The notes under the pieces were generated by a model. The model had not been told where the DNA came from. It saw only the letters and a program-made list of their open reading frames with translations, and did not search any database. Positions 1-9,692 of a stretch of 64,000 bases of DNA are shown here, piece by piece. How positions within the stretch are numbered: the first letter of the stretch is position 1; every line of letters starts with the position of its first letter. Origin of the DNA: Balamuthia mandrillaris (Eukaryota); the NCBI GenBank assembly GCA_031835245.2, contig JAVKOQ020000062.1, positions 62,001 through 126,000 on the forward strand, in the 5' to 3' direction. A program made the position numbers and the translations under genes.

Positions 1-1393
1 TGTTTCCTTTCATACCAGAGAAACGAGTGTGCTATGTTTTTTGCAGCGGAACTGGCAAAGAAGACCGTAACATAATCGTATTAGAAAATGGCATTATCTG
101 TTGGACTCACAAAGGTCACCATGATGAATGCAACAACGTACTTCGTCTTTCGCGCTCTTCCTCTTTCTCTCTCCCTCTCTTTCGTCTCTTATCTGCCACA
201 TTTGTCTAATATGTATCCCTATATGTTTTAGGACTTGGTACAAACATACGGGCTTCATCCGCAAGACTTTCCTTGTCCCATACAGAGCAAGGTCGTTAGG
301 AACGTTGTGCTCAAAGTTATGGTAACCATCCGCAAAGTGGCAGCTTTGTACTATTGCGACAACAAGACGGCCATAAAGCAGCTCAAAGGCACCGACTTTA
401 ACGTGCGAAGGAAGTTAGCCTCCGAAGCTGATTTACGACGAGTTGATCACCTTGACGCTGATGATCTGAAGCTGTTGGCCACACAGATGGCTATGTCTTG
501 TTGCCTTGCCTTTCTGGGCAAAGAAGTTTATACAAAACAGGTACCTTTTGTATTTGTACTTGTTTGCTATTTGTTTTGAATCCATTTCGGTTTCGGTTTG
601 TTCCTTCCTGAAAGAGACACTGATTTTTTTGTCTGATTACAGGAAATAGTTAGCATATATCCAGAACTCAGATCGTTTATTTATCGGCACGAGGACGCCA
701 GAGAACAAAGCAATCTGAAACATCTACAGGCCATGAAAAACCGTTTGTTGGACATAATGAAAGTAAGTCCCTTTTCCATAAAAGCCAAAAATAATGAAGA
801 TCCAGAAAAAAAGAAAAAAGAGATAATAACAAAAGATAAACGAAAACAATGCATAGGAAGTGGACTCAACAGAACAAAAAGACGGAATGGTGCTATTCAA
901 GCTGCGAGACAAACATGACCTTAAAGATGCACAGTGGAATCATTGCATGGCACAATGCAGAGGTATGATCTGCGATACTCACCTGGAGCACTGTATCTTG
1001 TACGTCTACACCGTTTTGTCATTTCTCATTTGGTTTAATCCTTCAACAAAAATAACGTGATTTATGCGCCACAGTTATGGATTGGATCACGTGGAAGAAA
1101 TGGAGTTGCTTGACGAGCCTACTTGGCCACGATATCCCTCTGTTATTCCTGAAGAGAAAAAAGAGGAGAGTCTCTATTATTACGCATTCCAACGAGAGGG
1201 TAGAGTCTACATCGTTAGGGAGGACTGCTTTTTAGAGGACTCTACATTATCGGCGTTGCTCACTCGTAACCAAGAACTATTGGATTCGTTGGATTGGGAG
1301 CACTACCACCACATCTTCCGGTTAGACCAAACCACAGGAAGGTTATGCCTTGTTTCTAAGCGGCATCGCCATTCTGGCAGATTCTTGTCTTGA
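1..1393 (+). CDS. Spliced hypothetical protein, 5' end probably outside the window
   Basis: ORF pieces 27-137, 232-540, ~643-762, ~857-1000 and ~1074-1393 are separated by pyrimidine- or A-rich GT..AG introns (e.g. GT138..AG231) and give globular-looking sequence ending ..RHRHSGRFLS*. No motif recognised. Confidence 0.6.
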
Positions 1394-1453
1394 AACTTCC
1401 TCTTCGTCATGACACAGGTTTGTCCTCTTTTCTCTCCTCTCTTCCCTACTCTT

Positions 1454-1773
1454 TTCTCGTTCTCCTCTCTGCCCTGCTCTCTCCTCTTCCTCTTTCCCTC
1501 TCCCTCTCTCCTCTCCTCTCCTCTCCTCTCCTCTCTCTCCTCTCCTCTCCTCTCCTCTCCTCTCCTCTCCTCTCCTCTCCTCTCCTCTCCTCTCCTCTCC
1601 TCTCCTCTCTCCTCTCTCCTCTCTCTCCTCTCTCCTCTCTCCCTCTCTCCTCTCTCCTCTCTCCTCTCTCCTCTCTCCTCTCTCCTCTCTCCTCTCTCCT
1701 CTCTCCTCTCTCCTCTCTCCTCTCTCCTCTCTTCCCTACTCTTTCCTCTCTCCTCTCCTCTCTCCTCTCTCCT
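1454..1773. repeat. CT-rich microsatellite ((CTCTC)n/(CTCTCCT)n)
   Basis: Seen directly: almost pure C/T tract. Confidence 0.95.
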
Positions 1774-2389
1774 ATGTACCTTAAAAATTTCGCGACGACA
1801 TGAAGTGGTTTATTGTGATCGAATCGAGGGTCCCCAATTTTCGGATTTAATAATGACGAATGATTGGTTGGTACGTTTAATTTACTATTTAAGGTATTTC
1901 ATTAATTAATCAGTGCGTGTCATTGGTTGTCACTTAATCAGTCGGTATGAGCTGAAAAAAAAAAATTGCGGCCGAACGGTTGTTTAAATTTTTCGTTTTG
2001 TTTTCTTTTTGTCCGCCAACACAAACCGCCTACACTCAATCATTAGGCACAAAACAAAAGTAACCACTCCCCAGCAGAACGCAATTATTACTTTCTAGCG
2101 CACCTCCCACCACAACAAACGCCGCCGCACTCGCTACCGCGGCCGAAACTACCTCTTTTTTTTTGCTCCATTCTTCTTTCTCCAACCTTTGTTTTTTGTT
2201 TTGCCCGCGAGCGCAGATCCAACCCTTAAAAAAAAACACAGTGGTACGTTCCCCCCCCCCTCTCCCTTCTCTCTTTGGGGTTATTCTTCTTTGCTCCTCC
2301 CCATTGTTTTTTTTTTGTTTTTTGGTGTCGGAAACGTTCATCTATGTCAGACAGAGGGAGAAAAAAAATACTGACAGGACAAAAAAAAA

Positions 2390-4381
2390 ATGAAAACAAA
2401 ACTCGGAAAAAAAATGACAGTGAGGGACATGGAAGAGCAGCAGGAGCACAGTACAACTACTGTTGTGGAGACATTGGAAAGCGGTGGTGGAGCCCAACCG
2501 TCACAACTTGCCTCCCACTACCACCAGGTCGCCACGGCGAAGCACAGCGCAAAGGAGGAGGAGCATGAAGAGGAGGAGGAGGAGGGGGCAGACGAGGAAT
2601 TGGACGCCAAAGAAAAGGACGCCTCCAGTAACTCAGTGATGACCAACCACTCCAACCACCACCACCACCACCATCTCTCAGAAGATGCCGCCGCACAGCT
2701 AGTGGACAAGAAGACTTCCCCGTGGAAAGATGAGCTGGCAGACTCGGAGGAAGAGGAAGACAACACTGCTGCGAGTAATCATGGGAACAGCCGACGACAG
2801 GAGGAAGAGGAGCATCAAAGACAGACTAGCCCCTCTGCTGTGGCTGGCGTGTGGCCTCCTGGCACTGGCAACAGCAAGGCTACCAACAATAGCAACAGCG
2901 CGAGCGGAAGAAACCAAGCCGATCACTCTCAACAAACTCCCAACAAACAAAAATCAACTCCCTCCCAGACAACTTCCTCTGCATTCGGTTCGCCAGCGTC
3001 CAGCGCCCCTCCTTCTCCTTCCACCGGCTCCGCTTCCAATCTTTCCACTAGCGCTGCAAGTGCTGCTGCACGTTCTCCTTCACATACCCCTTCGTCTCCA
3101 TCTGCTGCTTCCTCCGGCGGTAGCAGCACCAGTTTACTCCATATGTTTTTGCCTGGCTCAAATCAATCATCCACAGCAACAACGAGTAGTAGTAGCGGCG
3201 CAGCTTCTACTACCAATGCTACCGCCGCTGGAAATGGAGCAAGCGGAAGTGGAAGGAGCAGCCCAACTGCTGCTGCACATCACTCACACTATGCAGGCAG
3301 CATTCCAAACACATTGCCTCCTCTTTCTACATCGTCGTCATCATCGTCATCATCTTCTTGCTCCTCTTGTTCATCTTGCTCCAGCCATACTTACTATCCC
3401 CATGCATCTTCGTCTGGCTCTTCTTCATCCACATCTTCCTCCTCTACTTCTGTAGCAGCTTCATCACCTTCATCATCATCAACACCATATTCTGAGAGGG
3501 GTCCCTACTCTCCTCATCCGCATCATCATCCCCATTCCCATCACCATTATCCCTATTCCTATTCATACCCTTACTATTCCAATTGGCCTCCTCCCCCGCA
3601 TTCTCATTCGCAGTATCCTTCTCCTCCTCCATCTGAAGGAGTAGCCACCACAGCCACAAATCCCACAGCAAGCAACGAGAACGGTGGTAACAAGACGCCC
3701 TCGCCGAGCCATCCTTCTAGTGCCCGACTACCTGTTTATGACTACGGCTATCCTCCAACAGGTGCCAGTGGCCCGGGTGGTGCTGCTGGCTATGCCTCTT
3801 CTTCTCCTTCTGCCACACCGTATTCGTCCCCGTTTGCACATCCTTCCATGCGAGAGTTGCTGTACGCTTCTATTCCTCCTCTCTCTTTTTTCTTTGCTCT
3901 TTTTGTTTTACTCACCTGTCCTTTCGCTCTATTCAGTCAACGCCCCGTCAAAACAGATGAAAACGGAGCCAAAGCCTCCCCAAAACGTCGTCGTGAAAAG
4001 ACCGAACCTTCCGCAGTTGATCTTCGAGACGGCCTCTCTGAGAAAGAAAAGAAAAAGGCTCGCAACAGCACCTCTCCCGAGCAGGCCGCCGTGCTGGAGG
4101 CATGCTTCCGCGAGTCTCCTTTCCCCGAGCGAGAGACCCGAGAGAGATTGGCGGCTCAGCTAGCATGGACCCCGCGCAGGGTGCAGGTCTGGTTCCAGAA
4201 CAGGAGGGCCAAGCAGAAGCGGTTGATCCTGGAGCAGAGCCTGCTGACAGCGCTGCCTTACTATGTAAATGCTGCACCGCATGGCGGATCTCCGCAGCCT
4301 CCCCTTCCCTACCCCTTCCCTGGACCGCCGCCTCCGTCTTCCTTTTCTGCACCTCCCCGTTCGACTCACCAACAACCCTGA
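2390..4381 (+). CDS. Homeodomain transcription factor with long Ser/Pro/His low-complexity N-terminus
   Basis: KKKARNSTSPEQAAVLEACFRESPFPERETRERLAAQLAWTPRRVQVWFQNRRAKQKR is a canonical homeodomain (WFQNRR). Probable in-frame 75-nt intron at 3862-3936. The start could be ATG 2414. Confidence 0.93.
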   Translation: MKTKLGKKMTVRDMEEQQEHSTTTVVETLESGGGAQPSQLASHYHQVATAKHSAKEEEHEEEEEEGADEELDAKEKDASSNSVMTNHSNHHHHHHLSEDAAAQLVDKKTSPWKDELADSEEEEDNTAASNHGNSRRQEEEEHQRQTSPSAVAGVWPPGTGNSKATNNSNSASGRNQADHSQQTPNKQKSTPSQTTSSAFGSPASSAPPSPSTGSASNLSTSAASAAARSPSHTPSSPSAASSGGSSTSLLHMFLPGSNQSSTATTSSSSGAASTTNATAAGNGASGSGRSSPTAAAHHSHYAGSIPNTLPPLSTSSSSSSSSSCSSCSSCSSHTYYPHASSSGSSSSTSSSSTSVAASSPSSSSTPYSERGPYSPHPHHHPHSHHHYPYSYSYPYYSNWPPPPHSHSQYPSPPPSEGVATTATNPTASNENGGNKTPSPSHPSSARLPVYDYGYPPTGASGPGGAAGYASSSPSATPYSSPFAHPSMRELLYASIPPLSFFFALFVLLTCPFALFSQRPVKTDENGAKASPKRRREKTEPSAVDLRDGLSEKEKKKARNSTSPEQAAVLEACFRESPFPERETRERLAAQLAWTPRRVQVWFQNRRAKQKRLILEQSLLTALPYYVNAAPHGGSPQPPLPYPFPGPPPPSSFSAPPRSTHQQP

Positions 4382-4790
4382 AAGAACAACACAGCTACTT
4401 GTTCTGCTATTTTATTTTTTGTTTTATTGTTATTTTTTTTTTTCATGAGTGCACTCAGTCTCTCTGTCTACAATCAACAACGAAAAGTCGTTCGCTAAAA
4501 AGCAGTTGTTGCTGACCTCGCTCGCATGACCTGTTTACTCTATCGCTATTTTTCTATTTCTCTTTCTTGAACATTGGTGTTGGCCCACGAGGCCACACCA
4601 CCCCAATCCTCAGCAATCAACTTTTGTGTGCCTTGAAGAGCCTCAGTCCGACTTTTTCTTCTTAGAATGAATTGTCAATTATTTCCAAGAAATTATTTTC
4701 TACAACAAATTTCGTTTTTTGGGCTTCCAAAAGAAAAACAAAAGTTTGCTACTACGGCAACGGCTGTGTGGGGGTGGGTGGCGTTCTGTG

Positions 4791-6868
4791 ATGTTTGTGG
4801 CACGTTTACCTGCGGAGGTGGACCCTGAAAAACTGCTTTGGACGCAACTGCGCATCCGCGGCACTACAGCTGTCTCTCCACCAACCACGCCGCTTTCCCT
4901 TTGCCGAAGAGTCCTCTCCGACGGGGAGGCTCGCGTGTTGTGCTGCCCGTCGTTGGAGGAGCCCTCCTCTGCGCTCTACTTGCTCTTTCCTCGTCGCGAT
5001 TCTCGAGTGGAAACGGCGGAGCGTCTTCTCACCACAGGGGAAGAGGGTGGTTGCGTTGTAGCACAACGTTGCTCAGAGGGCGACGAAGAAGGCGTGCCTC
5101 GCCCTTTGCTGCAAGCTGCATTGCTACTCTTTGTGACACACGAGCTTCGGCAACAAGGGTGGTTGCGCGTTGGCTTCTCTGCTACTTTTATCAAGACCCC
5201 TGGGATAGAGGGCTCTTCCTCAACCTTGGATACCGTGCCACTTGTTGATATGGTACGTTGTTTTCGTGCTGTGGTCCTCCATGGATATTTTTTTTTTCAC
5301 TTCTTTGCGGAGTCACCATTGGTGTTCTTCTAGTCGTTCGTGCTCTCTTGCTCTATTCAGCACCTTTGTTATTCTCTCACAAAAACAGCAACTTAAAGTT
5401 CTGTCGTAGGAATGCCGCCTTGCAGGAGATGCAACAGTCGCATTTAGCTTGTCTGCTTCTGTTGTCCGCTATCACTTGGTGAAGGTACTTATGTGCAACA
5501 CATCCACTATTTTTTGAGTTAGGTTCTCAAACAACCTCTCGTTTCAGCCGTTGGACCTTTTGACCATGCCCAAGCAAGAGGCGTGGAGGGAGGCCGAGTC
5601 ACAGGGCAAACCGATTTACTTGTCCGTTGAAGCGAGCGGCGATTGCTACTGCCTGCCCACGCTCTCCAAGGGCTGCATTCTCGGGATTGCTTCCGATCCT
5701 TCTGCCATCGAGCCTACGAGTTTGACTGCACTTCCATCAGACAAGAGCGAACTGCTCTCGGAGCAAGACTTTCGCTCTTACTGGTTCGAAATGGTTCGTA
5801 CATGTCTTCCACTAAAAAAAAAAACCGTCAAGATGATGCTTTCTGCGAATCCCCGTGAACTCACGTCCACTTTGCATTGCCCCAAAATATATAAAGCATG
5901 ACTACCTGCTTCCAGCAAAGATAGCGGCTTACGCGAGTGTTCAATTCGAAAATGCCTCTGGTCATACACTGGGAAAGGTTCTCACCTATCCGATTTGCTG
6001 CCTCTGGAAGCCTCCTGGCCTTGTTCATCTCAAGGCCAAGGCCCGAACGCAAGCGCCTGCTATCCAGTCAGACTTCGTCGCCACGCTGCAAGCTATTCGG
6101 AACCCTTTCGAACCTTCTTCAAAACTGTTGCATTTCCTTTTGACCACGAGGACAGACGCTCTACCTCTGTCTTCTTGCAGTGTAACCGCCTTTACCTCGG
6201 CTGCCAGCCTCCTGAAAGAACCTACCACTATCCCTAATCTTCAATTCCTTACTCCGCCGTGTCTTTCTTCTTGCTCCTCCTCCTCCTCCTCCTCCTCCTC
6301 CCTCTCCTCCTCCTCCTCCTCTCCCTCTCGCTCTCTGCCTTCTTCTGCTGTCGTTGCCGCTGCTTTATCCTCCTCCTCCTCTTCTTCTTCTTCTTCTTCG
6401 TCATCTTCAATATTCCCAGCACCAACCACATTCGTTACCACGTGCACAGAGATGAAAAGCAAAAACAAGCAATCAGCAAAGCCCTTATCATCTACAAGAA
6501 AACAAGGAAAAACATTGGGCACCAAAAGAGTACGTTTTCTCTCCAGTTTGCTGTCACAAATAGCTTATCACATGACTAACTTGTGGCCCCACTCTAGCGA
6601 AGGATATCCCCTGCTGAAGCTGCACCAAAAGCAAAGCCAAACAAGACTCTCACCACCACTGCAACAGAAAACAAAAGGAAAAAGGGTGAGGCCAGGGGCT
6701 GAAACGAAGGCGGCTATGCCCAAAAATCCTGCTGTAACATCGTACCGTTTGTATAAATTCTGTGTTCCAAAAATAACCCACATTGTTCGTTCTCCCCCAA
6801 AGAGAAACGACTCCTGTAACTCCCTTTCTGGTGCCTGCTCGACAAAAACGCTTTTTTGGAGGAAATAA
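4791..6868 (+). CDS. C18orf63/DUF4708-like protein (spliced), with low-complexity C-terminus
   Basis: Spliced product reads CYCLPTLSKGCILGI...QDFRSYWFEM|HDYLLP...YASVQF...LTYPICCL...SDFVATLQ. This matches my recollection of the DUF4708 pattern CYVLPS..G.I...DF..HW...YGY.LP...Y..I.F...TYP.SC. The 3' exon structure is uncertain. Confidence 0.7.
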
Positions 6869-6941
6869 TTTTTAAGGGGGCCGTGCTGTTTCCCCTGAAT
6901 CGCTTTAGTGTGGCTGCTTCCCCGTGGGGGGGGGGGGCACA

Positions 6942-7128
<187 letters not shown>

Positions 7129-7134
7129 CCGCTG

Positions 7135-8400
7135 ATGAAGTCCTGTTACAAAAGCCTTAGCTTGCAGGGCGGCCTCCCGTACCTTGGTTCCGTGCGGCAA
7201 ATCCCTCCTGTGGTTTGCTTCCGTACGCGAGACACTCTATCCTCTTCTGGAATTCTTCCTCAGTGCAGAACACTGCCCCGTTCTGAGACCCGCTTTTATT
7301 GCACCACCGAAAGCACGTTGCGTCAGCAAGTGGTCTCATGTGCAGAGTACAACCACCAACTTGCCCTTTCTTTATTTACACCAAAAATGCTTTGCTAAAT
7401 GGGTCTCTTTCTCCCTTTTCTACGGAGAGCAACAGCGTTTGAAGTGGCCATAGGAACAGTTCTGGGCATAGGCGGGCTCATTGGCTCTGGCCTCTTGTAC
7501 ACCAAATATGCTGAGACTAAGCATTGGCGGAATATCCAGTGTACCCTCCAAAATGGTTCCTTCCCAGCCCCAACAGTAATGGCGCTTTTACCAAGAGAAA
7601 GGGAAAAAGAAATGCTCAAACACATTCTCCAACCCAAAGTTCTGTTCTTCTACCACTTGGTGACAGGAGAAACTGGAACTGGAAAAACAACCTTGATTCT
7701 TTTTACTTGTGGTGAGGTTAAACAAGGCCTGGTCTATGTGGATGTCCCTGAAAAGGTGAGTAACCTTGGTAGGGAATTGGGCAAGGGTATCACCTGGATG
7801 AAACCAAAAATATTCCTCCTGATGTGACCCTTGCATGTGCCATAGATACACTTCTGGAAGCAGCTTTGGATTACCTCAAAAAGAATCAAAAACCACCTGT
7901 GCTGATAATTGATAATGTGCAATGCCTTGCTCAGCAATCACCTAAAATGCTTCAAGATTTGGCCAACACTTGCACAGATAGTGCTAAACTGCTTTTTGTT
8001 TTTGTGAGTGGTCAATGAAATAGCGGGTGGTCGTCTTTTACTTCTCAATCGTTGTGCAGAATACCTTCAAAATGGAGCTTCTGATGGAGGTTTGGCCCAC
8101 TCAATCTCTTTTAAGTAGGACCTACTGAATTAACTTTGTCAGTTGGATAGATGTGAAAAAAATGTCTTTTATGCTTTTGAATCTGACTACAAACCAGCTG
8201 ATTTGCTTGAGGATACAAAAGGAACCTGATTGGAAGTTGATCCATGTATTGTTGAGATCTGAAACTATCAGCATTACTATGATGCAATTAAGTGACTCAT
8301 TCCAGACATCCTTACACAAGATGCATCATTGAAAGGTCAGGTATTTGCATACCATCCATAAACCAATGCAATCACATTTCAGTCAAGAGTTGTTGGTTGA
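7135..8400 (+). pseudogene. Degenerate membrane-anchored P-loop (AAA/STAND-like) ATPase
   Basis: Presequence-like start (ATG 7135), TM segment VAIGTVLGIGGLIGSGLLY, Walker A GETGTGKT, Walker B PVLIIDN, later EIAGGRLLLL and VFAYHP*TNAITFQSR. Broken by frameshifts (~7825, ~8015) and several stops. Confidence 0.75.
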
Positions 8401-8494
8401 ATCCAACCTTAGGAAGGAAAGAGTCAGTGACAAGACAAGAAGTGTATTCAAGAGAATAGAGGAAGGACAACAAGAGTGAATCTCCGACGTTGCT

Positions 8495-9403
8495 TCAAAG
8501 TACACTAAGAGAAAGGGGAAAAGGGAGAAAGGAAGGATGGGGGATACAAAAGAAAAGAGAGTTGAGGGTCCGGGACGGATCCAACATGAGGATCTTGAGA
8601 TAAGTGTTAGTGATTTTACCAACAGAGTTGTGGGGCCATTGTTGCCTGCTATCCATGAATTTTTGGAGCTGCTTCTTAAGGGTGTGGTTAAGGCTTTTGA
8701 CTGCCAGAAGCAAGAGTTTGTTGCTATTGGTCAGCTCAAGCAAATTTAACTCTCACCATACAAATTTTGGTGGGAAAACTAAAACTTGCTTGAGCCAGAC
8801 AATATCAAAATCATCAAGAACAAGAAGCCATTTTACAACCAAGCCATAGTCGAGATCCTGGTACTACTTATTTTCACTCCTTTGGGTAGAAGTGTTTGTC
8901 AGATAAAGCTATTATCTGCCAGGAGTCCAGCGCGGCCTTTGTCTGCCGAGGATGTCAATGAAGATTTCCAGAGGAAGGACAGTCCAGACAACACACGTTC
9001 TTCAACGAACTTCTCTAAGACCTGAGTCTCGCTGAAATCCGTGAGGAAAGCCTCTCGCGCTGTTCACACTCGCAAGTTCCAAGCGTCAACAGACTCAGCA
9101 ACGTTCATCTGGAGGTTTCCAAGCTTCATTATCTTTGCAGTCACTCTGTCACAATGCCGGAAGCAGTGAATGTTGTGTTTTTGCCTCCATGGGGGTTAGT
9201 AGGACTCCACCTTTCGTACGTTTTTGCTCAAGGAAGCAGCGAACGACTTCAGCATTGTCGCAAAGTTGTCCTTCGAAGTGAAGGATGTAATCCTGATGAC
9301 TCCAGCCAGCGACGGTCGCATGGTGGTCGAACGAGGTCAAAAGGGTGTTGCTTTTCGTTTCTTTCATTTGTTTTTTCAAACAACAAAAAATTAATTTTTT
9401 CAA
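8495..9403 (-). pseudogene. Highly degenerate P-loop NTPase-like remnant
   Basis: Minus-strand fragments contain WLLVLDDFD (Walker B-like, ~8800-8830) and a possibly damaged Walker A (VVSGLSFLWKSSLT, ~8955-8995). Many stops and frame changes. Confidence 0.35.
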
Positions 9404-9692
9404 AATGAATAATTATCACCGAAACGAAATTTGTGACATAAACAATTATCATAGTAATAACTAAAATATTTTAACTTCGACAGAAAATCGATATTTTACG
9501 AAATAAAATTGTTTGCTTGCTTTTTGGCGTTAAAAAAAAATAGAGGACGCAAAAGAATTGGAGAGAAGGAATGCGCCGAGGCCATTGCGGCAAAGAAAGT
9601 CATTCACATGCTCATCGGTCTTGAATACCGCAACAACAAAAGTCTCTGTATATTCTCTCTCTTTTCAACAGAAGAAGGGGTGAAGCACAACC

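Noticed and set aside
1390..1909. Long Leu/Ser/Pro ORFs, and similar CV/HT, KE/RK and REQRAES ORFs at 6.6-7.4, 12.9-13.4, 27.2-27.8, 29.2-29.6 and 63.4-63.9 kb
   Set aside because: These are translations of microsatellites, open in several frames at once.
3862..3936. Apparent transmembrane segment in the homeodomain ORF
   Set aside because: Best explained as an in-frame pyrimidine-rich GT-AG intron.
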